From: an uncultured Synechococcus sp.
GTDB taxonomy: Bacteria; Cyanobacteriota; Cyanobacteriia; PCC-6307; Cyanobiaceae
NCBI GenBank assembly: GCA_913052185.1
Contig: CAJXFG010000001.1
Span: forward strand, 1 to 56,060
Direction of reading: 5' to 3'
DNA length: 56,060 nt
This document shows, in pieces, positions 18,850 through 31,615 of the stretch. Position 1 is the stretch's first letter. Each line of letters starts with the position of its first letter. The position numbers were made by a program, and so were the translations under genes. The notes beneath the pieces are model-generated. The model was not told where the DNA came from. It ran no database searches and saw nothing but the letters and a program-made list of their open reading frames with translations.

Positions 18850-19650
18850 ATGGCCTTGCGGTTGATTGGGGTGAGACGCGAGGGACAACGTTTGGTGAGT
18901 GCTCCTCGTCGTGCCGTGCTTTCCGCTTCGCCCTCCAAGCTGCGGCGGCGCGCATCACGTCGACATCTTGAATTGGTGGCCGCGCCGCCTTCGAGCCTCC
19001 CTGCCCTGACGCTTGTTGGTCGCCAAAGCAGGCTTGGGCGCTCGCTCAAGCGCAGTGGTGATGTTGTTTTTGCGGCTGCAGTGCTGGGATTGGGCTCTCC
19101 GCTTTTCCTGCTGTTAGCCGTGTTGGTGAAGCTCAGCTCACCTGGTCCGGTGTTCTATGTGCAGAAACGGGTCGGTCGCGGCTATCGACCGTTTGGATGC
19201 ATCAAATTCCGCACAATGCGTCCAGATGCTGATGCCGTTCTGGCACAGGTTCTGGAGCGCTCTCCAGAGTTGAGAGCTGAATTTGATCGCGATTTCAAAC
19301 TGAAAAACGATCCCCGAATCACACCGATCGGACGCTTCCTGCGTCGTTCAAGCCTTGATGAACTCCCCCAGTTCCTCAATGTCCTGCGTGGTGAGATGAG
19401 TGTTGTCGGCCCGCGGCCGATCGTGAGCAAGGAGATCAGTCGTTACGGCGATTACATGGATGAAGTGCTGGCGGTTCGGCCTGGGCTCACCGGTCTCTGG
19501 CAGGTGAGTGGCAGGAACAACCTCAGCTATCCAAAACGCGTGAGGCTTGATCTGGCTTATGCCCGTGGTCGCTCGTTCCTGCTCGATTTGGCCATCATCC
19601 TGCGCACTTTCGGCGTGTTACTGCTGCCGATGGACCGTGGTGCCTACTGA
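18850..19650 (+). CDS. Undecaprenyl-phosphate sugar phosphotransferase (Bac_transf family)
   Basis: KRSGD, KFRTM, DPRITPIGRFLRRSSLDELPQ, PGLTGLWQVSGRN; start uncertain. Confidence 0.92.
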   Translation: MALRLIGVRREGQRLVSAPRRAVLSASPSKLRRRASRRHLELVAAPPSSLPALTLVGRQSRLGRSLKRSGDVVFAAAVLGLGSPLFLLLAVLVKLSSPGPVFYVQKRVGRGYRPFGCIKFRTMRPDADAVLAQVLERSPELRAEFDRDFKLKNDPRITPIGRFLRRSSLDELPQFLNVLRGEMSVVGPRPIVSKEISRYGDYMDEVLAVRPGLTGLWQVSGRNNLSYPKRVRLDLAYARGRSFLLDLAIILRTFGVLLLPMDRGAY

Positions 19651-19655
19651 GCGCT

Positions 19656-20648
19656 TCATTGCAGGACCCAGCTCAGTAAGGCTGCAAACAAGATCCACAA
19701 CAGCTCCAGTCGACGCGTCAGACCAAGGATTCTGAAAACACTGGCTGGGTCTGCCGTGGGGTAACCAGCTCCCAGCACTGGTTTGTCGACCCAGTGATCG
19801 CCGTAGTGGTTCCTTCCTCCCAGCTGCACGCGCGCGCAGTGTGCATAGATCGCTTCTGATCGTCCAGCGTTGGGGGATGCATCGTGGCGCCCTTCTGATT
19901 CAGCCATGGTGACCAGTGCTGGCCAGTGCCAAAAGGCCCTGCTCACCGCCGGCAGGCTCAGCATCACCAGTCGACAGGGCAGCCAGGTCAGGAGATCGTC
20001 CAGTCGTGCTCCCGCCGTCCCTAGCCAGCGCAGTCTCCCCCTGCGATACCCAAGCATCGAATCCATCGTGCTGGCGGCCTTGAATCCCCAGGCCAGTGCC
20101 AGTGGTCCTGGAGCTGCTGTGTAGCCCAGGCTCCAGAGGCTGGCGCCAATCAGCATCCAGAACAGTGGCGCGAAGACGCCATCCACCGCATTTTCACTCG
20201 CGGTTTCGGCACAGGCGCGCAGGATGTCCTCCCTCGACAGGGATGTCGTGTCACGGCCAACGATCCAGCTGAGCTGCTGTCTCGCCGCAGACAGGTCGGC
20301 ATTGTCCTCACGAGGAAGTGCTGCGATGACCTTCTGCACACTCTGTTCAAGACTTCTGGCCGCCAGTGCACTGGCCAGGCCCGCGAGAAGTGCAAGTGTC
20401 GCAACGGCCTGGAGTACGCCCTGCGTGTGAATGGCAATCCGCTCGATCAGCCAGCCTGTGCTGGCGCTGCCGATGGTGAGAACCAGCGTGATGGCCACAC
20501 CACCTAGACGGAGGCGATGAGGCTGATCCCCGCTCCAGGCCTCAATTCGGCGCCGCAGCAAGCTGATGCACTTGCCCATCCACACCACAGGATGGGGCGA
20601 CCAGAGGGGATCGCCGATCAGCCGGTCGACTCCGGCTGCGGCGATCAC
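19656..20648 (-). CDS. cbiB: Adenosylcobinamide-phosphate synthase
   Basis: GDP..PHPVVWMG, IVGRDT, ETASENAVDG, DSMLGY, SPNAG; start uncertain. Confidence 0.92.
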   Translation of the reverse strand: MIAAAGVDRLIGDPLWSPHPVVWMGKCISLLRRRIEAWSGDQPHRLRLGGVAITLVLTIGSASTGWLIERIAIHTQGVLQAVATLALLAGLASALAARSLEQSVQKVIAALPREDNADLSAARQQLSWIVGRDTTSLSREDILRACAETASENAVDGVFAPLFWMLIGASLWSLGYTAAPGPLALAWGFKAASTMDSMLGYRRGRLRWLGTAGARLDDLLTWLPCRLVMLSLPAVSRAFWHWPALVTMAESEGRHDASPNAGRSEAIYAHCARVQLGGRNHYGDHWVDKPVLGAGYPTADPASVFRILGLTRRLELLWILFAALLSWVLQ

Positions 20649-20677
20649 CAGCAGAAAGGGCTGAATGATGCCCTGGT

Positions 20678-21709
<1,032 letters not shown>

Positions 21710-21729
21710 TTACGCAAGCGTCCGATCGC

Positions 21730-22332
21730 TCAGGCCTCGTTGGGGTGGGCGATCACCCGGTCGATCAGCCCATAGTCCTTGGCTTCCTCACTGCTGAGGA
21801 AGTAATCGCGATCGGTGTCCTTCTCGATTTTCTCGAAGCTCTGGCCGCTCATGTCCGCCATGGAGCGGTTGAGCATTTCCTTCATGCGCAGGATTTCACG
21901 CGCTTCGATTTCGATATCACTGGCCTGGCGCTGTGCGGTTCCGCCCAGAGGTTGGTGAATCATGATCCGGCTGTGGGGCAGGGCCAGACGCTTGCCTTTG
22001 GTGCCGGCTGCCAGCAGAAACGCTCCCATCGACGCCGCAAGGCCCACGCAGATGGTGACCACGTCGCTTTTGACGTACTGCATCGTGTCGTAGATGGCCA
22101 GACCGGCCGTGACTGATCCGCCCGGTGAATTGATGTACAGGTAGATCGGCTTGCTGCTGTCCTCGGAATCGAGATACAGCATCTGTGCAACCAGGCTGTT
22201 GGCGACAGCATCGTTGACCTCGGAGCCGAGGAAGAGAATGCGCTCCACACCAAGACGGGTGTAGATGTCCACCCAGCGCTCCATCTGGCTGCCAGGGAGG
22301 CGGTAGGGCACGGAGGGGGTACCGATCGGCAT
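21730..22332 (-). CDS. clpP: Clp protease proteolytic subunit
   Basis: [16 protein letters not shown] (Ser), IMIHQP (His), DTDRD. Confidence 0.96.
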   Translation of the reverse strand: MPIGTPSVPYRLPGSQMERWVDIYTRLGVERILFLGSEVNDAVANSLVAQMLYLDSEDSSKPIYLYINSPGGSVTAGLAIYDTMQYVKSDVVTICVGLAASMGAFLLAAGTKGKRLALPHSRIMIHQPLGGTAQRQASDIEIEAREILRMKEMLNRSMADMSGQSFEKIEKDTDRDYFLSSEEAKDYGLIDRVIAHPNEA

Positions 22333-22388
22333 GGCTGCTTGCGGGTTGGGTTGAAGGGAAAGGGTGTGCTTTTGGAATCGAGGCTGAA

Positions 22389-23060
22389 TCAGCCGGCGGG
22401 AACAGGAGCTGGAAGCTCTTTGCGACTGGAGAGCACCCGGTCGATCAGTCCGTACTCCTTGGCCTGATCCGGTGTGAGATAACTCATGCGGTCGGAATCC
22501 CTGGAGAGTTCCTCCACGCTGCGTCCGGTGTTGGTGGAGAGGATTTCGAGCATGGCGCGCTTGTTGTGAAGCACTTCCTTGGCCCGGATCTGGATATCGG
22601 TGGCCTGGCCCTGAGCTCCGCTGCGAGGCTGGTGCAACACGATCGAGGCATGCGGCAGAGCAGCGCGTTGCCCCTTGGTTCCAGCCGAGAGGATCACTGC
22701 AGCGGTGCCCATGGCCTGACCGATGCAGATGGTGTGCACCGGCGGCTTCACGTAGCGGAGTGTGTCGCAGATGGCGAAGGCTTCGGTTTCAAAGCCGATC
22801 GCATCGCCGGTGTACCAGCTCGTGCCCGTTGAGTTGATGTAGAAGTAAATCGGCTTCTCGGGGTTGTCGAACTCCAGATACAGGAGCTGGGCAATGATCA
22901 GTTCGGTGACATCCAGGCCGACCTGACGCTTGGTGTCGTCATCGGAGAAGAGGGGCAAACCCAGATAGACGATTCGCTCCTTGAGCAGCAGTGACGGCAG
23001 ATCCGGTGGCGGTGTCCGCATCACCGACGAATCGCCGTAATAGGGAGCTGATGTGGTCAT
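22389..23060 (-). CDS. clpR: ClpR-type non-catalytic Clp subunit
   Basis: [17 protein letters not shown]; GQAMGTAA lacks the catalytic Ser. Confidence 0.88.
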   Translation of the reverse strand: MTTSAPYYGDSSVMRTPPPDLPSLLLKERIVYLGLPLFSDDDTKRQVGLDVTELIIAQLLYLEFDNPEKPIYFYINSTGTSWYTGDAIGFETEAFAICDTLRYVKPPVHTICIGQAMGTAAVILSAGTKGQRAALPHASIVLHQPRSGAQGQATDIQIRAKEVLHNKRAMLEILSTNTGRSVEELSRDSDRMSYLTPDQAKEYGLIDRVLSSRKELPAPVPAG

Positions 23061-23089
23061 CCGCGTCGGGCTGCCGTGGTGGCCGGAGC

Positions 23090-24244
23090 CTAGCGGGATC
23101 CCGAGGTGGGACGCTCATTTCGACGGTTCTTGCGGGGCGGTTTCCCCCCAGGACTGCTCTTGCCTGATGCGGTTGTTTCGCCTTCCTTGTCGAGCCGACC
23201 GAACACCATGCGGCCGCTCGGATTTTGCAGGGCTCCGGTGATCACCACCGCGCGACGTTCACCGATGGCGGCTCGCGCGTTTTCAATCACCACCATCGTG
23301 CCGTCTTCGAGATAGGCAACGCCCTGGTGCTCCTCCTTGCCTTCGCGGACGATCTTGAGATTCAGTTCGTCTCCGGGTTGCACTTCGGGGCGCAGGGCGA
23401 TCACCAGTTCGCTGAGGTTCATCACCTTGAGCTCCTTGACACGGGCCACCTGAGCCAGGTTGAAATCGGCCGTCACCAGCGTCCCGCCGGTGTCTTCCGT
23501 GAGCTGCAGCAACCGATCATCCGTGCCTGCCCCGTCGTAGCGGGTGGTGTTGATCACCAGGCGTTTGTCATAGGTCTCACGCAGCGCATTGAGCAGCTTC
23601 AGGCCCCGCCGCCCCTTGCCGCGTTTCTCGAGGTTGTTGGAATCGGCGAGTTGCTGCATTTCGTTGATCACCGTCTGCGCCACGATCACCTTCCCCTCGA
23701 GCAGACCGCAGCCGATCATTCCCTGGATGCGGCCGTCGATGATCACGCTGGTGTCAAGGATCTTGGCTGTGGCAGGTGTCAGCACACCATCCGCCACCAG
23801 CAAGGCCTCGGTGGAGGTGGGGTTGAAGAGCCGCAGCAGCGTTCGTCCATGCACCTCGGCGAGGTTGTACCCCAGCACCCCGAAGAACACATTGCTGAGG
23901 ATCGCTGCCAGCGGTTTCACCAGGGAACTGGCGCCGGCGAGCGGCAGCAACAGAATCGGTGCCAGCAACAGGTTGGCCACCAGCAGGCCGAGGATCAGGC
24001 CCACAGCTCGGCTCACCAGCAGATCGGTGGGCATGGTGCGCACCTGATTCATCAGTCGCTGCCGCAGCCGGCGGAACACCAGGCCCGCCACAAGCCCGAT
24101 GACCGCACCGCCGGCGCTGAGGCCCAGGCGGACCTGCTGAGCGTTGGCGTTATCCAGCAGTTCCTGGGGAAGCAGATGCACGCCCATCCAGCCGGTGGCC
24201 GTCCCGGAGATCAGGAACAGGATGATGATGAGCGCTTCGACCAT
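23090..24244 (-). CDS. Membrane PIN/TRAM domain protein (YacL-like)
   Basis: N-terminal TMs, LDTSVIIDGRI, TADFNL, YLEDGTMVV. Confidence 0.92.
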   Translation of the reverse strand: MVEALIIILFLISGTATGWMGVHLLPQELLDNANAQQVRLGLSAGGAVIGLVAGLVFRRLRQRLMNQVRTMPTDLLVSRAVGLILGLLVANLLLAPILLLPLAGASSLVKPLAAILSNVFFGVLGYNLAEVHGRTLLRLFNPTSTEALLVADGVLTPATAKILDTSVIIDGRIQGMIGCGLLEGKVIVAQTVINEMQQLADSNNLEKRGKGRRGLKLLNALRETYDKRLVINTTRYDGAGTDDRLLQLTEDTGGTLVTADFNLAQVARVKELKVMNLSELVIALRPEVQPGDELNLKIVREGKEEHQGVAYLEDGTMVVIENARAAIGERRAVVITGALQNPSGRMVFGRLDKEGETTASGKSSPGGKPPRKNRRNERPTSGSR

Positions 24245-24315
24245 GAGGTTGGGTTCTCACTGCCCAGTCCAGATGCAGGCAGCATGCACCATTCTCACTC
24301 TCCTGGCTCGGGCTG

Positions 24316-25578
24316 ATGACCGCACCCGCGCCGCGCAGCGCTTACATCCACATTCCGTTCTGCCATCGGCGCTGTTTCTACTGCGATTTCGCTGTGGTTC
24401 CGCTGGGCGACAAGGCGGATGCTCACGGTGGCCCGGGAAGTCGTTCGATTGAGAGCTATCTCGGGCAGTTGCTGGCTGAAATCGAACTGTCGCCGCCGGG
24501 GCCGCCCCTGGCCACCGTGTACATCGGTGGTGGCACCCCGTCGCTGCTCACGCCCGATCAGGTGGGGAGGGTGTTGGACGCAGTGCGGGGCCGTTTTGGT
24601 TTTCAGAGCGGCGCTGAAGTCACTCTGGAAATGGATCCCGCCAGTTTTGGGCGGATGGATCTGGAAGCCCTGGTTCGCTGTGGAGTCAACCGGGTCAGCC
24701 TGGGCGGTCAGAGTTTTGATGATCAGGTTCTCGAATCACTGGGTCGTCGTCATCGCCGTTCCGATTTGCTGGAGGCCTGTGAGTGGCTGCATGGAGCCGT
24801 TGACAAGGGCGCACTGCGCAGCTGGAGCCTTGATCTGATCCGCAACCTGCCTGATCAGAGCGATGACGCCTGGGCCGTCCAGCTGGAGCGTGCCGTGGCG
24901 ATGGGGGCTCCCCATCTCTCCATCTACGACCTCAGCGTTGAGCCAGGCACGGTGTTCTCGAGGCTGGAGCAGCGCGGTGAGCTGCAGCTTCCCGATGAGG
25001 ACGGGGCTGCCGATCGGATCGCAGCCACCAGTGATCGTCTCGCCAGGGCTGGCTACTGCCGCTATGAAATCTCCAATTTCGCCTGGCCCGGGCATGCGTC
25101 CCGGCACAACCGCGTGTACTGGAGCGGCGCCGGTTGGTGGGCGTTCGGTCTGGGAGCCACCAGCGCTCCTTGGGGTGAGCGCTTCGCAAGGCCTCGCACT
25201 CGTGAGGCCTATGGCGATTGGCTGGATCAGCAACGAAGGGATGGTCCCCACGCCTCCCTGCTGCAGGCCCAGGCCTTGCCGATGACTCTGGAGGACCGCC
25301 TGCTCGTGGGACTGCGCCGGCACGAGGGTGTTGATCTGCTTGATCAGGCCCTCCGCTACGGCTGGTCAGAGGAACTTTGCAGCCGATGGCTGCCGCGGCT
25401 GGAGGATCGCTGGACGGGCTTTCTGACGACGGATCTGATGCGACAACGCGGACGTCGATGGCAGCTCACGGATCCTTTGGGGATGGCCGTCAGCAATGCG
25501 GTTCTGGTGGAGCTGGTGGAGTGGTGGGAGGAGGTGGCTGCTGACGCTGATCATCCAGCCAGCTGCGCAAGGCCTTGA
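24316..25578 (+). CDS. hemW: Radical SAM heme chaperone HemW (HemN-like)
   Basis: [28 protein letters not shown]. Confidence 0.88.
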   Translation: MTAPAPRSAYIHIPFCHRRCFYCDFAVVPLGDKADAHGGPGSRSIESYLGQLLAEIELSPPGPPLATVYIGGGTPSLLTPDQVGRVLDAVRGRFGFQSGAEVTLEMDPASFGRMDLEALVRCGVNRVSLGGQSFDDQVLESLGRRHRRSDLLEACEWLHGAVDKGALRSWSLDLIRNLPDQSDDAWAVQLERAVAMGAPHLSIYDLSVEPGTVFSRLEQRGELQLPDEDGAADRIAATSDRLARAGYCRYEISNFAWPGHASRHNRVYWSGAGWWAFGLGATSAPWGERFARPRTREAYGDWLDQQRRDGPHASLLQAQALPMTLEDRLLVGLRRHEGVDLLDQALRYGWSEELCSRWLPRLEDRWTGFLTTDLMRQRGRRWQLTDPLGMAVSNAVLVELVEWWEEVAADADHPASCARP

Positions 25579-26308
25579 CGCTGAGCCCCCGGCCGTCCAT
25601 CCGTGCCGGGCTGAAGGGTGGCTGCGACGGGGTCAGTCCCAGCAGGTCGGCGGTCACGCTCACCTGGCCGTCACAGTCGTTTCCCGCCCCGATGCCGATC
25701 ACCGGGATGGCCAGATGCTGCCGCACTCTGCCTGCGAGCTCGGAGGGCACATGCTCGAGCACCATCGCAAAGCATCCCGCCGATTCCAGTTCTGCGGCCT
25801 GCTGAAGCAGGCGTTCCTGGCTGCGCGGATCGTTGGCCTGACGGCGATAACCAAGGCTGTGGACGGCCTGAGGCAACAACCCCAGATGGCCCATCACCGG
25901 GATTCCGGTGCGAACCAGGCGTTCAATCACGGACAACACCTCAGGCTCGGCACCCTCGAGCTTCACGCCAGCCGCAGCCGATTGCTTGATCAGAGTTCCT
26001 GCTGCAGCCACCGCTCGATCCAGTCCGCACTGGTAGCTGAGAAAGGGAAGGTCAGTGACCACCAGGGGTTGCTCCGCTGGCGGGTTGCTGAAGCCACGGC
26101 AGACCGCCTGGGTGTGCAGCAGCATCTGCTCGAGCGTGACCGGCAGCGTTGTGCTGTGGCCGAGGCTGACCATGGCAAGTGAATCGCCCACCAGGACCAC
26201 ATCGGCGCCGGCCTCCTCGACGAGGGAGGCGCTCAGGGCGTCCCAGGCGGTGAGCATGGTGATCGGTCGGCCGGTCTGCTTGAACCGGATCAGGTCTGAG
26301 GCGCGCAA
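25490..26308 (-). CDS. panB: 3-methyl-2-oxobutanoate hydroxymethyltransferase
   Basis: MLTAWD, LVGDSL, GVKLEG, IGIGAG..DGQV. Confidence 0.96.
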   Translation of the reverse strand: MRASDLIRFKQTGRPITMLTAWDALSASLVEEAGADVVLVGDSLAMVSLGHSTTLPVTLEQMLLHTQAVCRGFSNPPAEQPLVVTDLPFLSYQCGLDRAVAAAGTLIKQSAAAGVKLEGAEPEVLSVIERLVRTGIPVMGHLGLLPQAVHSLGYRRQANDPRSQERLLQQAAELESAGCFAMVLEHVPSELAGRVRQHLAIPVIGIGAGNDCDGQVSVTADLLGLTPSQPPFSPARMDGRGLSVKALRSWLDDQRQQPPPPTTPPAPPEPHC

Positions 26309-26336
26309 CCGCTCCCTCGAATCAGCGGACCTCCAT

Positions 26337-26345
26337 TGCTAACAT
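26337..26345 (+). promoter_or_regulatory. Putative extended -10 promoter of the SRP RNA gene
   Basis: TGcTAACAT ending 5 nt before the SRP RNA 5' end. Confidence 0.45.
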
Positions 26346-26350
26346 TGCAA

Positions 26351-26448
26351 GTGACTCGGACCTATGCGGTTCAGACGCCCAAACTTGGTCAGAACCGGAA
26401 GGCAGCAGCCACACGGGATGCTCTGGACAGGCGTGGACTCCGGGTCAC
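26351..26448 (+). ncRNA. ffs: Signal recognition particle 4.5S RNA
   Basis: GGTCAG-AACC-GGAA-GGCAGCAGCC domain IV motif; terminal stem GTGACTCGG/CCGGGTCAC. Confidence 0.93.
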
Positions 26449-26514
26449 CAACTTTCCAGACAGACTCAGAAAGATGAGAGCCTGTTGGAGAAATTGGATG
26501 GATTGCCCAAGCGA

Positions 26515-27642
26515 TCAGCTGTTCTGACCGCCTTCCTGACGCTGCTGACGCTGCCTCAGGAATTCGGGAATGCGAGCGCCGGAATCCTGCTGTTCTGCGG
26601 GGCTGAACGCTGATGTGGCAGAGCGAGGAACGCTTTTCTCTGTGCGATAGGGCTGGCCGTTTTCAAAGCCTGTGGCAATCACCGTCACGTGGATCTCTCC
26701 CTCCAGACGCTCATCCACCACAGCCCCGACAATGATGTTGGCCTCGGGATCCACCACGTCGTAGATCACTTCCGATGCACTGGTCATGTCCTCGAGGGTC
26801 ATGTCGCGGCCGCCGCTGATGTTGATCACACAACCCTTGGCACCATCGATGCGTGCAGCCTCAAGCAGAGGACTGTTGATCGCGGTCTGAGCGGCTTCGA
26901 TGGCGCGTGATCGACCGGACCCGACGCCGATGCCGAGCAGGGCAGTGCCGGCTTCCGTCATCACCGAACGCACATCAGCGAAATCGACATTGACCAGGCC
27001 TGGGCAGGTGATGATGTCGGTGATGCCTTTCACGCCCATGCGCAGAACGTCATCAGCACTGCGGAACGCTTCCTGAAGCGGCGCACTGCCGATGGCATCG
27101 CGCAGACGGTCGTTGGGAATCACGATCAGCGTGTCGACATGCTCCGCCAGCCGGGCAATGCCCTCGTCGGCCTGACGCATGCGACGACGACCTTCAAATC
27201 CAAAGGGCTTGGTGACAATGCCCACGGTGAGCGCGCCACTTTCCTTGGCGACTTCGGCCACAACGGGTGCTGCACCGGTTCCCGTGCCCCCACCCATTCC
27301 GGCAGCGATGAAGACAAGATCAGCGCCCTGGAGTGCCTGCTGCAGATCCGCGCGTGATTCTTCAGCAGCTTTCTGGCCAATGCTGGGATTTCCGCCGGCC
27401 CCAAGACCGCGGGTCAGGGTCTGACCGAGCTGAACGCGGTTTTGAGAGGACGATTGCAGCAGAGCCTGCGCATCGGTATTCAGAACCCTGTAGGCCACAC
27501 CTTCAAGGTCGCTCTGAATCATGCGGTTCACCGCATTGCTGCCACCGCCACCAACTCCGATCACCTCAATACGGGCGGATTGAGAGGGAAGAATTCCTGC
27601 TGAATCAGGAGAAGGGGACATCTGACCGCTCACCATCTCCAT
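26515..27642 (-). CDS. ftsZ: Cell division protein FtsZ
   Basis: [29 protein letters not shown] tail. Confidence 0.98.
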   Translation of the reverse strand: MEMVSGQMSPSPDSAGILPSQSARIEVIGVGGGGSNAVNRMIQSDLEGVAYRVLNTDAQALLQSSSQNRVQLGQTLTRGLGAGGNPSIGQKAAEESRADLQQALQGADLVFIAAGMGGGTGTGAAPVVAEVAKESGALTVGIVTKPFGFEGRRRMRQADEGIARLAEHVDTLIVIPNDRLRDAIGSAPLQEAFRSADDVLRMGVKGITDIITCPGLVNVDFADVRSVMTEAGTALLGIGVGSGRSRAIEAAQTAINSPLLEAARIDGAKGCVINISGGRDMTLEDMTSASEVIYDVVDPEANIIVGAVVDERLEGEIHVTVIATGFENGQPYRTEKSVPRSATSAFSPAEQQDSGARIPEFLRQRQQRQEGGQNS

Positions 27643-27747
27643 CGTCGACGTCGAACCATTGAGGTGCGTGTGCATTATGTCCCTGCGAGTGACAATCGCC
27701 GAATTCAAATAACACTCGTTGTGGTTTCAGCACTGTGCAACCCAGGG

Positions 27748-28587
27748 TCAGGGTTTGCTCGTTTTCTGTTTGGGATCGGGTTTCAGCTGCAATTCGGGTT
27801 TGGCAGGGTCTGAGAGGTCGATGCCGCTGCTCGCTGTGCCGCGAAGAGTTTCAGGAAGGCTGCTGGAGAGCAGGGCGATCGTGCTGAGCTGCTGATCAAG
27901 CAGACGTTCGTTCGAGCCCAGTCTCACCAGACCAAGCGCTTTTGTTCGAAGGCTGAGATCGCCGTCCGGGGCGACATAAATCACCTGCAGTGGGCTGCCC
28001 AGCTGATCCCGTCGCTCGAGCACTGTCGCAATCATCGAGCGGCGGCTGGGAATCCACCCCTCCACACGGACTGCGCTAGCCGGGCCCTCACCCTGGCGCG
28101 CAACAGTCAGCGGCATCCAGTGGCCTTCAAGGTCGACCATGCCCTGCTCCCTGCCGCGAGCGCCCATGCGACTTGCTGCCGCGATCGGGCGCCGATCCTT
28201 CAGCGTGATGACCAGACCGGGCGGCACCAGACGTCGCTGCACCGAGACGGACTGCACCGGAAGTTCAGCCAGCAGACGGCGCTCAAGACGACCTGGCTCG
28301 AGGGTGATCAACGGTCTGGGAAAGCGCAGCCCGGCAGCTTTGACCACCGCGTCACTGCCGAGCCTTTCACTGCCGCTGACCGAGAGCTGCTCCTGAGAGC
28401 GCAGGCTCCAACCGGCGCTGAGCAGCAGCCAGATCAGTCCGCTGGAGACACCAGCAAACAGCAGAATGCGCCACGACTGGATGAGCTGTTCCCGGCGTCG
28501 CTCCTGGCGCAGCCGGCGGCGGCGTTCGACACCTGGAGGCAAAGGACCGCTGCTGCGTTCACGACGTTTGTCTTTCGAGCGGGCCAT
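27748..28587 (-). CDS. ftsQ: Cell division protein FtsQ
   Basis: Basic N-terminus, one TM, POTRA-like region, IDLSDP; directly upstream of ftsZ. Confidence 0.85.
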   Translation of the reverse strand: MARSKDKRRERSSGPLPPGVERRRRLRQERRREQLIQSWRILLFAGVSSGLIWLLLSAGWSLRSQEQLSVSGSERLGSDAVVKAAGLRFPRPLITLEPGRLERRLLAELPVQSVSVQRRLVPPGLVITLKDRRPIAAASRMGARGREQGMVDLEGHWMPLTVARQGEGPASAVRVEGWIPSRRSMIATVLERRDQLGSPLQVIYVAPDGDLSLRTKALGLVRLGSNERLLDQQLSTIALLSSSLPETLRGTASSGIDLSDPAKPELQLKPDPKQKTSKP

Positions 28588-28997
28588 CACAGGTCGCAAC
28601 GTGCCTTGGCCATCAACTGAGTCATCCAGCGGCGGGCGCGTTCAGCATCCGAGAAGGGCACATCCATCTGCCGGCCTTCGCCGATCAGCCGCAGGCGGCA
28701 GCGACCCTGGGATTCATGGGCCAGGGGGGTGTCACCTGATGACAGCGACATCAGCTCCACCAGTTCGAGCGTCTTGATCACAAAACGCCCTTCATCCTTG
28801 AAGCTGCCGGCATGGAAACTGCTCCAGCACAGTTCGCCATCCTTCAGTCGGGCTGCACCGCAGCCGTCGAGTTTGGCCAGCTCCGATGCGTCGCTCCACA
28901 CCCGGAAAAGATTCTGGCGTCGTCGCTCCAGCCAGCCCAGCGATGCCAGCAGCACGAACACCAGCAGCAGTGGGAACCAGAGCAAACCGTGCATCAT
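28587..28997 (-). CDS. Hypothetical protein with N-terminal TM
   Basis: Co-oriented between ddl and ftsQ, stop overlapping the ftsQ start. Confidence 0.75.
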   Translation of the reverse strand: MMHGLLWFPLLLVFVLLASLGWLERRRQNLFRVWSDASELAKLDGCGAARLKDGELCWSSFHAGSFKDEGRFVIKTLELVELMSLSSGDTPLAHESQGRCRLRLIGEGRQMDVPFSDAERARRWMTQLMAKARCDL

Positions 28998-29022
28998 TGC
29001 GGCAGCAGCAGAGGCAGACTGC

Positions 29023-30084
29023 TCATTCTTGCGCCGTGGCCACCAGCTCTGCCACCAGCTGAGGCAAAGGAAAACCGGAGGCCTCCCAGAGCGTGGGATA
29101 CATGCTTTGCGAGGTGAACCCCGGAAGCGTGTTGATTTCGTTCAGCCACAGCCGGTCATCCGCTTCGTCGTAGAACACGTCCACACGTGCCTGACCGAAG
29201 GCGTGCACAGCGCGACATGCGTCGATCGCCATGGTCTGAATCCGCTGGCTCACCTCGTCGGACAGCGGTGCCGGGATCAGCGTCTGACTGCGTCCTTCGG
29301 TGTATTTGGTTTCGTAGTCGTACCAGTCGGCATCGAAGCGAACTTCACCCACCACCGATGCCCTTAGATGCTGCCGACCCAGCACGGCACATTCCAGCTC
29401 ACGAGCCTTCACACCCTGTTCCACCACCAGGCGCGGGTCGAGTTTCGCTGCCAGTTGCAGGCCCGCCAGCAGCTCGTCGCGGTTGCGCACCTTGCTGATG
29501 CCCACGGATGAGCCGAGGTTGGCAGGCTTCACGAAGCAGGGGTAGCCGAGCTCACCCTCGAGACTGATGAGCAAACGCTCCAGTTGCTGAGGATTCTCGA
29601 GGTCAGCTGCGTTGACCCCGATGTAAGGGACCTGGGCAATTCCTGCAGCGGCGAAGGCCGCCTTCATCGCCAGTTTGTCCATGCCCACGGCGGATCCGAG
29701 CACGCCGGAGCCCACGAAGGGCTGCTGCATCAGCGTGAACAGACCCTGCACCGTGCCGTCCTCTCCGTTCGGTCCATGCAGAACCGGGTACCAGACATCG
29801 ATGCAGTCGGGATCCACAGGCAGCTGCCGCAGCCCTTGTGCTGGCAGTGGTTGAGGCAGCTGGTCATTGGCCAGTGCTGCCATCTGTTGCAGCACGCTGT
29901 TGGCGACGGTGTCCGGCCACCAGCGCCCCTCACGGTCGATGTAGAGGGGCGTCACCTGGAACCTCTGCTGATTGCTGGGGTCAGTGAGGCCTTTGATCAC
30001 CGTTGCGGCCGAACGGATCGAAACGTCGTGTTCCCCAGAAGCACCGCCGAACACCACGCCAACGCGGACAGGGGAAGTCGGCAT
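29023..30084 (-). CDS. ddl: D-alanine-D-alanine ligase
   Basis: [34 protein letters not shown]. Confidence 0.97.
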   Translation of the reverse strand: MPTSPVRVGVVFGGASGEHDVSIRSAATVIKGLTDPSNQQRFQVTPLYIDREGRWWPDTVANSVLQQMAALANDQLPQPLPAQGLRQLPVDPDCIDVWYPVLHGPNGEDGTVQGLFTLMQQPFVGSGVLGSAVGMDKLAMKAAFAAAGIAQVPYIGVNAADLENPQQLERLLISLEGELGYPCFVKPANLGSSVGISKVRNRDELLAGLQLAAKLDPRLVVEQGVKARELECAVLGRQHLRASVVGEVRFDADWYDYETKYTEGRSQTLIPAPLSDEVSQRIQTMAIDACRAVHAFGQARVDVFYDEADDRLWLNEINTLPGFTSQSMYPTLWEASGFPLPQLVAELVATAQE

Positions 30085-30123
30085 GGGGGGAAGATCTCTG
30101 AGATGGTCTGCGCCGCAAACGTA

Positions 30124-31518
30124 TCAGTCGTGCACGGGAGTGCCACTGAGAGAGAAGGAACGCACCGCATTGATACGAACCTGCACCAGGTCGCCGGGCT
30201 GATAGCGCCGACCATCGGAGCCCTCTGCGCTGAAGAAGGTCAGCCGGTTCGTGCGCGTGCGTCCCATCAGCTGTGATGGGTCCTTGGGATTGATGCCTTC
30301 GGCCAGCACTTCCTCAATGCGATCGAAGTAGCGGGCATTGCGCTCCTTGGCGCAGCGTTCCACGAGGGCATTGATTTCCTGGAGGCGCGCCACCTTCACG
30401 TCCTCGGGAAGCTGGTTGTCCCAGTTCGCTGCCGGAGTGTTGGGCCGTGGTGAATAGGCGGCCGTGTTCACCAGATCAAAGTTGATCTCCTCGATCAGAT
30501 TCAGGGTTCGCCTGAACTGGGCGTCGGTTTCGCCGGGGAAGGCAACGATCACGTCGGCGCTGAGTGAGGCATCAGGCATGCGCTCACGGATGTGGTCGAT
30601 GATCCGCCGGTAGCGCTCAATGGTGTAACCGCGGGCCATGGCCTGCAGCACGTCGTTGTCTCCGCTCTGAAACGGGATGTGAAAGTGCTCGCAGAGCTTG
30701 GGGAGATCGGCGCAGGCATCAATCAGGCGCCGGGTGAAGTAGCGGGGATGGCTCGTGGCGAAACGGATCCGTTCAATTCCCTCAACGTCATGGACGTGAT
30801 GGAGCAGATCGGTGAGTGTGTTTTTGCGCCGGCCTTCCGCGGTGATGCCGGGCAGATCACGTCCATAGGCATCGATGTTCTGGCCCAGCAGCGTGATTTC
30901 CCGGTAGCCCTGCGCTGCCAGACCTTGCATCTCCAGCTTGATGGCATCCGGCAGGCGCGACTGCTCCTTGCCGCGCACGGATGGCACGACGCAGTACGTG
31001 CAGCGTTCGTTGCAGCCGTAGATCACGTTCACCCAGCCGCAGATGCTGCTGTCTCGGCGAGCGGTGGTGATGTCTTCAAGAATGTGGTGTTCTTCGGTCG
31101 CCACCACCTGCTGACCGCTGTCAACCTGCTGCAGCAGGGTCTCCAGACGATTGGCGTGCTGCGGTCCCATGACCAGATCAAGCTCCGGCACCCGTCGCAG
31201 CAGGGATTCACCTTCCTGCTGGGCCACGCAACCCGCGACCACCAGTTTCAGATTGGGGTTGCTGCGTTTCCGTCGTGCCTGGCGACCCAGGTAGCTGTAG
31301 ACCTTCTGCTCGGCGTTGTCGCGGATCGTGCAGGTGTTGTAGAGCACGAGATCGGCGTCCAGCTCGGCTGTGGCTTCCCTGTATCCCATTGACTCCAGGA
31401 TCCCGGCCATTCTTTCGGAATCGGCCTTGTTCATCTGGCAGCCGAAGGTGGTGATCCAGTAGCTGCCTCGCTCCAGACCTGGCACTGGAGCGGTGGAAGG
31501 AGAGGCGGTGACGGTCAA
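30124..31518 (-). CDS. miaB: tRNA methylthiotransferase MiaB
   Basis: [21 protein letters not shown]-terminal TRAM; TTG start chosen. Confidence 0.96.
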   Translation of the reverse strand: MTVTASPSTAPVPGLERGSYWITTFGCQMNKADSERMAGILESMGYREATAELDADLVLYNTCTIRDNAEQKVYSYLGRQARRKRSNPNLKLVVAGCVAQQEGESLLRRVPELDLVMGPQHANRLETLLQQVDSGQQVVATEEHHILEDITTARRDSSICGWVNVIYGCNERCTYCVVPSVRGKEQSRLPDAIKLEMQGLAAQGYREITLLGQNIDAYGRDLPGITAEGRRKNTLTDLLHHVHDVEGIERIRFATSHPRYFTRRLIDACADLPKLCEHFHIPFQSGDNDVLQAMARGYTIERYRRIIDHIRERMPDASLSADVIVAFPGETDAQFRRTLNLIEEINFDLVNTAAYSPRPNTPAANWDNQLPEDVKVARLQEINALVERCAKERNARYFDRIEEVLAEGINPKDPSQLMGRTRTNRLTFFSAEGSDGRRYQPGDLVQVRINAVRSFSLSGTPVHD

Positions 31519-31615
31519 GGCGGAGGGCCGTCCGATGGACCGGCGGCGATGGAACCTTTCTTCAGTGTGGTTCACGAGGGTCCTGTGTCACCTTGAGATT
31601 CGGTGCGCACGTTGC

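Noticed and set aside
23225-24316. 363-aa plus-strand ORF
   Set aside because: Antisense shadow of the PIN/TRAM gene
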